Numbered from the whole stretch's first letter, positions 1 to 12,406 are shown. The stretch is 63,507 bases of DNA, filler included, from Octopus bimaculoides (GCF_001194135.2; 6 parts of 6 records of this genome joined end to end with filler, not necessarily neighbours in it); one strand, 5' to 3'. Made by a program: numbers and translations. The notes: a model not told the origin generated them from the sequence alone.

Positions 1-213
1 AGACACCATTTCGAGCGTGGCCGTTTTCGTGCGGGTGACACGTAAAAGCACCCACTACACTCTCTGAGTGGTTGGCGTTAGGAAGGGCATCCAGCTGTAG
101 AAACTCTGCCAAATCAGACTGGAGCCTGGTGTTGCCATCCGGTTTTCACCAGTCCTCAGTCAAATCGTCCAACCCATGCTAGCATGGAAAGCGGACGTTA
201 AACGATGATGATG
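1..213 (+). mobile_element. RTE-tailed retroposon 3' end (family A)
   Basis: GGCGTTAGGAAGGGCATCCAGCTGTAGAAAC core and CCAACCCATGCTAGCATGGAAAGCGGACGTTAAACGATGATGAT tail, shared with at least five other copies in the window. Confidence 0.85.
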
Positions 214-228
214 TTATTCCTTCTAATA

Positions 229-570
229 CAGTGGTTTTCAACTGGGATCCATATGATACCTTGGGGTTCTATATGATATTTTTATGGCTCCACACAAGCA
301 AAATAGTAAATTGTGGATACACTACTATATTTTAAGGGTCCATGAAAATCTTTGCTTTAAGATGTATTCATTGCAAGAAACAGCTAAGTTTCTTTTTCAA
401 ACGTTTTACACAGTTCAAACTACGCAAGCGATTGCATGAAAAAACAGAATAGGAATTTTGAAAGCTGTACCAATACAACTAGTTTTTAATCATTGAATGG
501 CTTGGGATTCCACTAGAATGGAATAAAATCAAAGGGGTCTATAGTTTAAAAAAATGATTGAGAATCATTG
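229..570. mobile_element. hAT/Charlie-type MITE
   Basis: TIRs CAGTGGTTTTCAA ... TTGAGAATCATTG with a perfect 8-bp TSD TTCTAATA at 221-228 and 571-578. Confidence 0.8.
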
Positions 571-1259
571 TTCTAATATATTTTATTCTGTCCATGTGCT
601 ATAGCAATTTTGCTATGGATATAACTATAGTGTAAGGTTATACATTAATGCATGTGGATTTAGAATTTTCAAAGTTTAATGCAATAAATATTGAACTATA
701 ATACAATTGACTAATTGTATGCTCACACAACATACGACATGATAATGTGTGTTTTGTATGTGTATATGTGTCTGTGTGTGTGCGTATGTGTGTGTGTCTA
801 TGTGTATATGCATATGTATGTATGTGTGTATATATATATATGTGTGTGTGCATATATATATCTTATTCTGTCTGAGGAGAATCATTCCCTTTTAGTGCCT
901 TATTATTTAACACACTCACAGGTTCAATAGCCACTTGTTTACTTATTTATTTTTTCTAAAATTTTTGTTGCATCTTGCAACCTTTTCAATAGTCGTTGAC
1001 TCNNNNNNNNNNNNNNNNNNNNNNNNNNNNNNNNNNNNNNNNNNNNNNNNNNNNNNNNNNNNNNNNNNNNNNNNNNNNNNNNNNNNNNNNNNNNNNNNNN
1101 NNNNNNNNNNNNNNNNNNNNNNNNNNNNNNNNNNNNNNNNNNNNNNNNNNNNNNNNNNNNNNNNNNNNNNNNNNNNNNNNNNNNNNNNNNNNNNNNNNNN
1201 NNNNNNNNNNNNNNNNNNNNNNNNNNNNNNNNNNNNNNNNNNNNNNNNNNNNNNNNNNN

Positions 1260-1707
1260 ATATATGCCAGTGCCGCTGGACTGGCTCCTTCATTGGACAC
1301 GAAACTCGGCTTGTGAAAACCTGTTGGGGCAAGTGAAAGCGAAATCGTGACAGCACCTGTGCCTAGCGTCGCCTTAATGGCACTCATGCCGGTGGCACGT
1401 GTAAAGACATTCGAGCGAGATCATTTCCAGTGCTGCTGGACTGGCTCCTGTGCAGGTGGCACAAAAAATACACCATTTTGAGCGTGGCTGTTGCCAGTAC
1501 CACTTGACTGGCCTTCGTGCCGGTGGCACGTAAAAGCACCCACTACACTCTCGGAGTGGGTGGCGTTAGGAAGGGCATCCAGCTGTAGAAACTCTGCCAG
1601 ATCAGGTTGGTGCCTGGTGTAACCATCTGGTCCACTAGTCCTCAGTCAAATCGTTCAACCCATGCTAGCATGGAAAGCAGATGTTAAACGATGATGATGA
1701 TGATGAT
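1260..1707 (+). mobile_element. RTE-tailed retroposon 3' end (family A)
   Basis: Same core and (GAT)n tail as 1-213, with longer upstream 3'UTR sequence. Confidence 0.85.
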
Positions 1708-2269
1708 ATACACACACACACATCTACATAACAACAAAAGGCTAAGCCATTGGCCACCTGTTGTTTTCAATCTGCAGGTGTATGCTTAGAGTACTATTCA
1801 CCCTATATTTTTGCATTTGTGTATGTATATATTTATGTATATATATATGTACGTGTGTATGTCTATATATATGTGTGTGTGTATCTCTCTCTATATATAT
1901 ATNNNNNNNNNNNNNNNNNNNNNNNNNNNNNNNNNNNNNNNNNNNNNNNNNNNNNNNNNNNNNNNNNNNNNNNNNNNNNNNNNNNNNNNNNNNNNNNNNN
2001 NNGAGAATTTATTATTAATCACAACAATTGTTTCAACACATCAAGCATCGATCCCGTTTTCTGTCAGTCACCATCAGGTTCTTTCTCATTTACGCCTTCC
2101 CTTCTCTCTATATATTTACGACAATCTTTATTACTCTCTGCGTATGTATCATCTCTTACGTATACTGCTCCTCTCACTCACTCATTTCTCTCTCTCTCTC
2201 TCTCTTCATATGATATGCAATTGCTTTCACTTTGTTTGAATATCTTGTAATGTTTACTTTCATTTTATG

Positions 2270-3660
2270 ATACACAGCTATTATACATAAGATGCTAGCT
2301 TCCAAATCCTGTTTTCTGATCAGATAAAAATTATCAAAAATTTTTAATTTTTTCTAAATTTTTCTTGAATAAACGAATTCCCAAATCAGATTCAGCGTCA
2401 AAGAGTACGTCAATATACCAAATTTGAAAATTTTTACTTAATTTTAAAATTTCAAAATCTGACAGCAACAGAAAAGATCTTTAAAAACGTGTCCCTGAAA
2501 AATTTAATGAAAAAAAAAATTTTTTTGAAGAATTCTTTGTAGGGAAACAAAGTCAAGTAGAGTGGGTGTAGCACATTTCGGATCTTTTCCAAGAGTAAAC
2601 CCTGTTCTACGTGACACATTCAACTAGTATCCGAAGTTTCAAAGTGTTTAGTTTAAAAAAAAATTAATTAAAAAATCTGTGCTTGAGATGGAAAAGGCCC
2701 CACATTTCTGCAGTTTTGCTTATTCTAAATCTTTTCGTTAACATATTTCTGTTGAAATACGTCTTTGCTTTAAATTATTTTGAAAATAATGAAGAATTTA
2801 GCTAAAAAAAAAAAAGACTGTCGTTATTTAGATGCTGTTTGGAACAAATTGATATGAAGTTTTAATGGAAGCTTTTAATTTAGATCTCTTAGAAACAAAT
2901 AATTTGTATCACAGAACTAAGGGTATTTTGGATGTGAGGGTTAGTAGCACTGGTCAATTAATAAATAATAGCAACAATTGCGTCAAGCTCCTTTTATAGA
3001 GGTGGAAGTTGATAGCAGTCATCATAATTGAAGCATTTTTTTATCATGTTTCATGGCTTTTTTTTTCTTATATTTTTCTTTTTTTTTTATTACAAATTTG
3101 TGAACGCTGTAAAAAAAATTTAATTAAAAGAAACAATAAAATATCGCCCTGCAATATTTTCCAATGAACTGTTTTTTTGTTTTTTTTATCCAACTGTTTT
3201 TTAAGTTAAAAAAAGATCCGTTTTCTTATCAGTGTAATTAATCTCAGACAGAACGACCGAGTTTTCTGCCTTCTTTAGATATTACAGATTTTTATGCCTT
3301 AAGTGGTAGTTTTGCATGGAACATTGTCTGCATGGCTACATAAGCGTGCCCCGGCATTGTTCCTCCTATAACTTTCTTTAAAATACAAATATTTTTTTAA
3401 TGAAATTTTCCAGAGATACATTTTAGATAGTGCACATTACGATTATATGACGTGGGGATAATAAAAACTAGATTTTTGTTTTGAAGGCTCATTCATTTAA
3501 ATGAATGAGGACTCTATAAATGCATATATTTTTAGTGAAATTTTTCAGTGATACATTTTCGATGGTCTAGATTACGATTATCGTGATAAAAATTGGAAGA
3601 AAAATCTCTTGGGTGAGTTACGGATAATTTCCATCTTCTGGAAAGGAAAACGCGATTAAC
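2270..3660. mobile_element. Probable non-autonomous DNA transposon remnants
   Basis: 2595-2680 (GTAAACCCTGTTCTACGTGACAC...GAAGTTTCAAAGTG) recurs at 13455-13740, and there is an internal duplicated block at about 3395-3450 and 3530-3585. No TIR or TSD resolved. Confidence 0.3.
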
Positions 3661-3777
3661 ATGCAGTTTACAACCTTTGGTTAGTAAACTGCAAGTTAGC
3701 CAAATACAATATATACACTATATTGAAAAGACTAGTCTGAACATAGGACCATAAATAGAAGTATATCATAGGCAAAA

Positions 3778-3870
3778 TGCTTAGCGGTATCTGTTCTTGG
3801 TCTTTACATGTTGAGCTCGAATCATACCGTGGTCAAATTTGCCTCTCATCCTTTCGGGTTGATGAATTAA
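3778..3870 (+). mobile_element. tRNA-derived SINE fragment (family C)
   Basis: GCTTAGCGGTAT...TTTGCCTCTCATCCTTTCGGGTTGATGAATTAA matches the family C body seen elsewhere (GCCTTTCATCCTTTCGGGGTCGATAAATTAA). Confidence 0.55.
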
Positions 3871-3880
3871 CCCATAAACT

Positions 3881-3968
3881 GCGATAGGCCACTTCAGTGG
3901 CCAACGCGACAGTGCGATAAGCCACCTCAGTGGCCAACGCGACAGTGCGACAGGCCACGTGCTTGGCC
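3881..3968. repeat. 33-bp GC-rich tandem repeat, about 2.6 copies, with internal palindrome
   Basis: GCGATAGGCCACTTCAGTGGCCAACGCGACAGT at 3881, 3914 and partially at 3947. Confidence 0.9.
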
Positions 3969-4869
3969 ATGGAAGTAGGGCATGATCTGACCTAATTTTG
4001 ATGTCGTATAATGTATGCACACGATACCCTTTCACCCCAGAAACAGTGTAGCCAATCACAGAAGGTGTTAAGAAACACTGAGTATTTTTTTCGAGTGATA
4101 GATCGATGTTGATCTTTACCCAAAATAGGCTCGGCAGTTCATGTTACATACAGCAAAATCCCAAATGTTTATGGGTTAAGTACCGATTGAATATGGGGTC
4201 GATGTAATCGATTAATTGTCTTCCTCGAATTTCAGGCTTCTGCCTGTTAGGAAGAACTTTTATTACACAGATTATTGTTTTCATCTCTAAATGCTTTTGT
4301 TTACTTAAGCTAGCATTGTTATAAATAAGACACTTCTCATTAGAAAACAAAATGTAAATAATATCTAAAAGTATGCAAAGGTACTCAAAGTAAAATGCTG
4401 GTTATCTGATGAAATGAAACGACAGGCAGGAAATTGCAATTTTTCGAAATTAACTTTACTTACAATTGTCATTACATCTTATAATATTTAACATATGCAT
4501 TTCAAAGAGTAGAGTTGGAAAACCATATGCGATAGTGAAGGAAATCGGAAACCCCGCGGTAGATCTTATCTTTCTTTAGTCTAACGTAGGTATCCCATAT
4601 TATTTTTACATCGTGGCACAAAAGGGTAAAATTAGAGGTAACATTGAAATTTTTTTGGGGAAAATATCGTTACATCGACAGACAAGTCCAGATAGGATTG
4701 GGTACACGTTGCAAACGTTTACCTGAAAGCATTTAACAATAATAAAAATGTTTAATAAAAACCGAATTGTAAATAGTAATTTAATTGTAGATATTTAAGA
4801 AAAGTGACTTGATTAAAAATTTTACGCTACAGCAAATTACATTAAAGTTTTATTTATATAGGTTATATT

Positions 4870-5040
4870 GATTTCCATTATCAACACGTACAGGCCTCAG
4901 ACTTGGTGAAGGGGTTTAAGTGATTAATCGCTTCAGTACGTGATAATCCTTATGTTATCCACCCTCAGAAAGACGAAAGCAAAGTCGAACTCAGCGGGAA
5001 TTGAACTCAAAACATAGACGTCAATAACTAGAACCGCCGC
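4870..5040 (-). mobile_element. Degenerate SINE (family C)
   Basis: GACGAAAGCAAAGTCGAACTCAGCGGGAATTGAACTC resembles the reverse-complement family C B-box region. Confidence 0.5.
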
Positions 5041-5050
5041 AAGAATTTTT

Positions 5051-5138
5051 ACGAAGTGATTATGACGTAATAACACTAAAGTTAGCGGAAATTCACGAAG
5101 TGATTATGACGTAATAACACTAAAGTTATAGTAAATTC
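5051..5138. repeat. 44-bp tandem duplication
   Basis: ACGAAGTGATTATGACGTAATAACACTAAAGTTA repeated at a 44-bp period. Confidence 0.85.
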
Positions 5139-5532
5139 ACTTCTGATTCGAATTCGCTTCGAGAAGGTTGTTCATATCGTTCTCTAGTTAATTACGAATT
5201 TGCGATATCTTTGTATTTAATCGTCTGTCTGTGAAATATTTTGTACTTCAGTCAGTTTACTAATAACTTCGTCAGTTTATTGAGTCAGCCTATTTTTCAA
5301 TCTTTTTTTTTTTCATTCCGTGTTTTAGATAGTGTTTTGGATAGTGTTAAGTAATGTCGAGCACCCCCGATTTGTCCACGTCCGCGAAAGCCCATCGCGG
5401 GCGACGTCTGGCCAACGTTTTCTCTATTTTNNNNNNNNNNNNNNNNNNNNNNNNNNNNNNNNNNNNNNNNNNNNTTAATTAATTAANNNNNNNNNNNNNN
5501 NNNNNNNNNNNNNNNNNNNNNNNNNNNNNNGT

Positions 5533-5906
5533 TGTAGGAAAGTGGTTATACACCATTAGGTGTACACCGCTTCCGTACATTAAATTTCTAGAAGAAACAA
5601 CGGAACGCAGATTCTGAACAACATAACAATATTTATTTACAGTGGAATTCAGTAGCTCGTCGCCCTCGGTTACTGAGACGCCTCCTGAATGATTTCCATG
5701 GTTATTTGTGAAGCTCTGGTGCTGACATGTGAGAGAGCTCTGTTGGACGTCTAGGCTCGACGGAGATCAGTCAACGAAGAGACTGAGAAAAGGCGCCAAA
5801 GCTGGGTGTCGAACTCTACGCATGCGCATGAGACTCTTCCTGTATTCCTTCCGGAACTAGTCCCTGCGCATGCGTGGATAAAACTCCGGACATTGAACAT
5901 ATAACA
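5533..5906 (-). mobile_element. Solo LTR
   Basis: TG...CA termini on the minus strand (TGTTATATG...TTTCCTACA) and AATAAA in the 3' third. The right flank is GTCGT and the visible left flank is GT (rest in N gap), compatible with a 5-bp TSD. Confidence 0.65.
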
Positions 5907-6038
5907 GTCGTCTGCTTTAAGGTGTCACTACAGAGTTTTCTTTCGGGAGGTAGAAACCAAAGTAAAAGAACAATAAATATTGAAAATACCTTACAAGCTT
6001 TTGTAACGGTATTTTAGGTGAAGTCAGCGACTACCGGT

Positions 6039-6379
6039 TGTAACGGTAAATGTACTGATAATGTGTTGGAGTTGCCAGTTACCAATTGTAATGGGTGGTT
6101 GGTGTTGCAGATGTGCAAGATGAAAGAACAGTGATTGAAGTTGTAAACAAATATTTATTACTGTTACTTTGTTTCTAGCCAAACAATGGCAGGCTGGTAT
6201 GTATAATACAAGTTGTAAAGCATGCAATGTAAAGAGAGGTATCATAGATTTTTTCTTTATGCTTCTGTTCTCGTCATAGTGTAGTAGTAAACCACAGATA
6301 AAGATAGGGTAATGTTGTAGAGAAAAGAAAGTGAGAGAGTGGAGAGGGAAGTGAAACATCATAACTACTGACCGCCACA
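6039..6379 (-). mobile_element. Possible second solo LTR
   Basis: TGTGGCGG...CCGTTACA termini and internal AATAAA on the minus strand. The TSD is imperfect (CCGGT vs CAGGA). Confidence 0.4.
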
Positions 6380-6559
6380 CAGGAACGTCTTCTCTCTCCC
6401 TCAGTCAGGTTGCCTCTCATGTTAGTCGCTTTTTCACCTACTGACTTTGCCTATGGAGTTCTTGTATTTATAACTACACAAAACCAGTTAGAAAAATAGA
6501 TATACAATTCAACTCTCCATCACACACAAGAGGTTAGAAGGGTCAAGTGGCAAAGTCAT

Positions 6560-7327
6560 AAATCAGCTTTGCAAGATATTGTAGCAGATATTTTGATTGT
6601 ATTCCTGACTTTGGATTGATTCTTTAGGTCTCCCCAAAGTCAATGTTTTTTGTGTGGATGTTTCTGTGTACTATCTACAAAATTCATATAGTGGTTAATA
6701 GCAAAATGCTGATAACCTAAAGAATTTAAGTCCTTGTAGGCAGGCCAGAAATCACTTTACACTGTACTCCCAGGTTTAATGTATTGTTAAATGAGAGGAA
6801 CAAGTGTGATGCTGTGATGCTTCTTTCCTTGTAAATTTGTAACAAAACTGCATTTAGTCACTCGTTCAATGTTGCCAAACAACCAGATTTGGCTAAGAGG
6901 TCAACCATTTGTGCATTTTCTTCGAACAATCAAAGTTTCGTCGATCTCCACTTCCACACCAAAGCCGCCAATAGGTTGCTGTTGTGTGAATCACGTCTGT
7001 CACTTCGCTACAAAGTGATCACCAGTCCACGGTGCTCCTTATGGACATTTTCAGGCATTTTCCCACCGTTCTGTGGTCCCAGAACAAAATGGTTTACAAA
7101 AAGCATAACGTTTCATGGAGGAATGTGAATATTGTCCAAAAGCAAACGTTGGAAATCAGAAACAGAATAGTTTGAAAAGTATATTTTCTTTGATTTAGGA
7201 ATGACATGATTTCTTCTACACTGCCATAGATGTTTGTCTTCCATCTAAATACATTCGTTGTTATAACATGGACATATCACTATTTTTGGTAATACTCCGT
7301 GTGAACGAAGGAACTCAACTGACTTTT
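6560..7327 (-). mobile_element. Merlin (IS1595/ISXO2-like) DNA transposase fossil
   Basis: Minus-strand reading gives DQKSVEFLRSHGVLPKIVICP, PIGGFGVEVEIDETL, IWLFGNIER and LVPLI*QYIKPGSTV*SDFWPAYKDLNSLGYQHFAINH, with in-frame stops. An RTE insertion interrupts it at 7328. Confidence 0.8.
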
Positions 7328-7328
7328 G

Positions 7329-7361
<33 letters not shown>

Positions 7362-8010
7362 GTTTAATGTCCGTTTTCCATGCTGGCATGGGTTGGACGG
7401 TTTGACTGAGGTCTGGAAAGCCAATGGCTGCACCAGGCTCCAATCTGATCTGGCAATGTGTCTACAGCTGGATGTCCTTCCTAACATCAACCACTCTGAG
7501 AGTGTAGTGGGTGCTTTTTACATTTCACCAGCATGGGAGCCAATCAGGGGCCACTGGCATTGGCCACGTTAGGGTGGTCTTTTTACGTGCTACCGGCATG
7601 GGAGCCAGTCAGGCAGGACTGGCATCGATCACGTTCAGAGAGTGCTTTTTACATGCCCCTGACACGGGATCCAGTCAGGGGGCACGGCATCAGCCATGTT
7701 TGGATGATGCATTTTACGTGCCACTGGAAATGGAGCCAGTCAGGAGGCACTTGCCTCAGCTACGATTTCGGTTTTACTCGATTCAATAGGTCTTCTCAAG
7801 TATATCATATCACCTGATGCACCAAGAGTACTTTTAAATGGGCCGGACATGCAACACTGGCATTGGTCAGGGCTGCAATCTCACTTTAGTTACCGGGTCT
7901 TCTCAATCACAGCACATCTCCAAAGGTCTCGGTCTCCTGTCATTGCCTCTGTGAGGCCCAACATTCGAAGGTCTTGCTTCACTACCTTATCCCATGTCAA
8001 ATCATGTCAT
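7328..8010 (-). mobile_element. RTE LINE 3' end (ORF C-terminus, 3'UTR and (GAT)n tail)
   Basis: 7900-8005 on the minus strand encodes the RTE terminal motif WDKVVKQDLRMLGLTEAMTGDRDLWRCAVIEKTR. It is followed by the family A 3'UTR and a (CAT)n run at 7330-7360. Confidence 0.85.
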
Positions 8011-8494
8011 CATTACAATGAAAAGTGCTGATACATTTATAGTAATCAAAATTACAATTTTGACAAATATTGAAATTCTCCATTCTCGAGCATGTATGTT
8101 CAAATGTGACAATATCAAAAATGAAACAAAAGATGAATTTCAAGTAAACTTCTTGACAGGTGGTTACGAATTTTAGCGAAAATTATTGGCCGGAACATCT
8201 GCTACGTGGTTGCAGGGCGTGTTAGAAATAGCAGCCAAATCTTTCAGCAGGTCCTGCAAAACATAACTACGAGGTCCCCACCATGCCACCTCCTTTCTTT
8301 TCTGGAAAAAATGGCTTGCAGTGGGTTTGGAGGTCAGATACGTTGAATGCACTAAAAAAACCTGTGGAAAAAAATTTTTTCCACACCGAGGTTCTTTACG
8401 AAATATTTACCCGGGAAGGCAAGGGGATGAGGAAGGATTTCATAGCCACTGGAGTGTTCTTTCATACCACACCTCTCTGCTTTGATGGCGTCCC

Positions 8495-9108
8495 ATAATT
8501 TCTGTAGCAGAGAAGCATAATATGCCCTGTTAATTGTAGTACCCTTTGCCAGAAAATCCACCATCACTACTCTATGCTGGTCCCATAAGACTGTGAATAT
8601 TACCTTACTTGCTGAGGGTTGGACATGAGCCTTCTTTGGAGGTGGTGAGTTATCATGCTTCCATTGCTTTGACTCAGGATCATATTGATGGACCCATGGT
8701 TCCTCCTGTGTGATAAGTCTGCCGAAAAAGGCCTCCTCGTTTTCTTGGCACATTGCCAAAAGAGCCTGGAAGCAATTGACTCATTCCTGCTTCTGAAAAG
8801 GTGTGAGCATCCGGGGAATCCATCATGCAGGAATCTATTTGCACTTCTGCATGTGCAAATAGTCGTGAATGATTTTTTGCACAGACCCTACCTTTCAAGT
8901 ATAAGAACCTAATCATTTACCTGCATTCAACTGCCTCCATTATAACACTTTAGTTCACTTCAGCAGCCGTTAAAGACAAACAAATACTAGTGGAAAACTA
9001 CAATTTACAATGTGATGTGTAGAGATATTTATGATTATACCTGTACAAGTTCCGTTTCTCGCAATAACCGGAAGTGGGTCAGGAAATCTTTAATGAACAC
9101 CCCTGGTA
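8495..9108 (-). mobile_element. mariner (DD34D) transposon, truncated
   Basis: ITQEEPWVHQYDPESKQW...PPPKKAHVQPSASKVIFTVLWD...VDFLAKGTTINRAYYASLL, plus a 5' TIR TACCAGGGGTGTTCATTAAAG ending at 9108. Confidence 0.85.
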
Positions 9109-9816
9109 AGAGGCGAGTAAACATTTATGGAATAGACAATTCTTTCGAGAGTCTTTTTTTAGAAATATGTAGACTGCTCTGAAATATGTAGACTTCTTTT
9201 GGCGCACTCCTCTTTTTATTCACCAGTCTAATGATTTATTTTCTATCTCTTTCTTTTGTTTTTTTTTTACTGGATTCTGTTGTTACTTCCGAATTCACGG
9301 TACCATACTGCATTCTTTACGTTGCCATGTTCACTGTTCACATTAACCACCGAAACCAACTTTACACTCAACACCAAATACTGTGTCAACTGGTCCACAT
9401 GAAATTTGCCTGGCACCAACTCACACATCAACCACATGGCACCGGATGCCACATAAATACTATTCACATCGGCTTCCAGCACAAATTAACTCTGTCGCCA
9501 CATGTTCAATAGTAGTCATTATAGTTCGCCCACACTGTTAAAAAGCGTACCAAAATCATACCGCCTACGCTTTAAACAGTCATGTGACCACAAAGAATTA
9601 TTTTTTCATCTTTGCTTGCAAAACCGGAGATCGGTGTTTTAATTCGGCATCGTACAAATGAGAAATTATTTGAATAAAATGTTTTTGTTCGTAAACGATA
9701 TGGATTATATAGGGTGTTTGGGGACAGTTTTGGTATACAATAAAAGAACTATATTTCAGCATAAATAAATATGTATTTGAATAAGCAATCATGCAATTAG
9801 TCTTGATAATGATTTT

Positions 9817-10790
9817 TTAAGCAAAGTATTCAATGAAACCACTTTTGGCTTTGATGACTGTTTCAATGCGGGACCGAAACCGCTGGCATGCTGACACTAT
9901 ATGGTCCTTATTCATTTCGGACATCACTTGGACCTTCAGTGAAGCTATGGTATTATGAGGGTGACAATTAATCTCCCTTTCAACAGTCCTACACATAGAG
10001 TAGTCCATGGGGTTCAAATCTGGCGAGTTTGGAGGCCACACATTGGGTGTTACATAATCGTAAAGATTGTCTGACAACCATTTTTGGGTGACTAGCGCTT
10101 TGTGAGAAGGTGCTGGCTCTTGTTGAAACACGTATGGCCTTCCATTGCATGTTTCATCAATCCAAGGCTTGATAACAGTTTTCAGTACCTCAATGTATCC
10201 AGCAGCATTAATTCTAAGACCCTGTGGAAAAAAGTGGGGAGGCATGACAAAACTTTTGCTACTCACCATTCCTAAAACTGTTGCTGGAAATTTCATGTGC
10301 TTCGCGGTGGATAGTTCAGAAGGATCTGCACATAACCACCTGTCATTTCTTCTGTTAGACTTTTGTTCCTGGTCAAAGTATTTTCCACCAGAGAAAATAA
10401 AGCATACCTTGTTCATGAGGGTTTTTCAGTTTGCTAAGTAACTGTTTTGAATGGATGAGACGGTTTTCCTGTGTCTTTGCAGACATGAATTAACCTTTTC
10501 TCATTACATAGGACTTGTATTGAATGTCACGATGTACCACAGTTCTGATAGTCCACTCTGACACCCGAAGTTATTTAGCAATGGACCTCATTGATCTTCT
10601 GGAGTTTTCATCGATAATCTTTTGAACATGTATAAATTCCGATGTCCTTTTAGAGTCTGAGCATTATGAATGTTTTTTCCTCTTTGATACAGAGCGTTGC
10701 GAATGTTTTTTTCTCTTTGAAACATTACCATCACATACCTCCAATTCCAACTGAACTGCGTGTACAAATGAATTTGCAACATTTAGAAAG
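9817..10790 (-). mobile_element. Tc1/mariner maT (DD37D-type) transposase remnant
   Basis: DQEQKSNRRNDRWL, KFPATVLGMVSS, RPYVFQQEPAPSH, WPPNSPDLNPMDY and final IKAKSGFIE. The terminal D in NPMDY indicates a DDxD catalytic triad. Confidence 0.8.
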
Positions 10791-11339
10791 TTGCTCATTT
10801 CTAAATCACTGTGGTTTGCATGCATAGTAACTATCGCATGCTTCTAGGCTCAATAGGGCAGGTAGCCTTCTACTATAGCCCCAGGTTGACGCAAGCCTTG
10901 TGAGTGGTTTTAGTTGTCGGAAACTGAACGAAACCGATTGTATGCATTCATGCATACATACATATACACATACATACATACATACATACATACATACATA
11001 CATACATCCCAAAAATGGAGCCTTGTATCTTTGTTGGGAACCAGCTTCCTCCTTAGTGGAAAATTTATAGTAATTAAAAAATAGAAGAGACATACACGAA
11101 GAGATGAGGAGCAGTGATTTGGCCACCTCTGCTGACTCACCAACAGGAGGGTGTTCAGGGTTGAAACACCCATTGATCATAGGATACCGTTTGATGACAT
11201 GAGTTCCTCCTGGCTAAGGCTCCATTCACTTCGTTGAATGGAAAAGAAGCACCTCCTGGTGTTATCAATGCGCGTGTGTGTGTGTGTGTGTGTGGCTATC
11301 CTTTAGAGATGGTATCACCAAACTGAAACTACCTCTCGT

Positions 11340-11865
11340 TACTCTTTTACTCTTTTACTTGTTTCAGTCATTTGACTGTGGCCATGCTAGAGCACCGCCT
11401 TTAGTCGAGCAAATCGACCCCAGGACTTATTCTTTGGAGGCCTAGTACTTATTCTATCAGTCTCTTTTGCCGAACCGCTAAGTTACGGGGACGTAAACAC
11501 ACCACCATCGGTTGTCAAGCGATGTTGGGGGGACAAACACAGACACACAAACATATACACACACATACATATATNNNNNNNNNNNNNNNNNNNNNNNNNN
11601 NNNNNNNNNNNNNNNNNNNNNNNNNNNNNNNNNNNNNNNNNNNNNNNNNNNNNNNNNNNNNNNNNNNNNNNNNNATATATATATATATATATACATATAT
11701 ACGACGGGCTTCTTTCAGTTTCCGTCTACCAAATCCACTCACAAGGCTTTGGTCGGCCCGAGGCTATAGTAGAAGACACTTGCCCAAGGTGCCACGCAGT
11801 GGGACTGAACCCAGAACCGTGTGGTTGGTAAGCAAGCTACTTATCACACAGCCACTCCTGCGCCT
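11340..11865 (-). mobile_element. tRNA-derived SINE with internal microsatellite (family B)
   Basis: A-box TGGCTGTGTG, B-box GGTTCAGTCCC, CORE-like TTGGGCAAGTGTC, internal (TA)/(CA) tract with an N gap, and a (AAAAGAGT)n tail. Confidence 0.9.
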
Positions 11866-12406
11866 ATTCAACAATTTTCATAAAAAGCTTTTATTTCTTT
11901 AATTTTAATTTTCAGCTCACACACACAGACCTATACATATATACACAAATATATATAAATGCATAAAGACAAATACATAAACATAAGTAATTCACGAAAA
12001 CATAAAAGATGTATGTGCATTTTTGTATGTATTTGTATGTATGTACGTGTGAATGTGTGTGCGAGTGTGTGTTTCACTGTTCAACTTGCTTGTGGACATG
12101 AAAAACAATGGGTACGCGCTCGTGTGTGTGTATGTTAGCGTGAGACCGTGTTTTTCACTGTTCAGCTGATATTTAAAAAAACCTAAAGAAATAAAAAAGA
12201 ATTACGGAAATTATCGATCAGGATCTTTTTTGTTTGGCTGCCACTTCTCAATTTCTTCAATTTCTGTTCCAGTTGATTTCATATTTTGTGTAATGATGTA
12301 GTTTTGTACAGTAATCATTGACATGAAATTCATTTTCGCCATAAATCAATGAATAAAGAGGTAATCGCTTTTAAAGTTTTCAAAAGCTACAGGTATATAG
12401 ATGCTT

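Noticed and set aside
638-930. Numerous HTHT/YIYI/CVCV/YVCM ORFs and X-filled ORFs in the ORF track
   Set aside because: They are translations of (CA)n, (TA)n and (TACA)n microsatellites or N gaps, with no coding signal.
4400-4440. CTGATGA-AAT-GAAAC, resembling a minimal hammerhead core
   Set aside because: No helix III partner or UH cleavage triplet could be paired. The other CTGATGA sites (15597, 30152, 39204, about 53345 minus, 55835) also lack the required GAAA and stem geometry.
5431-5530. TTAATTAATTAA islands between N runs (also at about 18980, 35046, 45281 and 59878)
   Set aside because: An identical 12-mer embedded in similar-sized N blocks with stops in all six frames is a scaffolding spacer, not biology.
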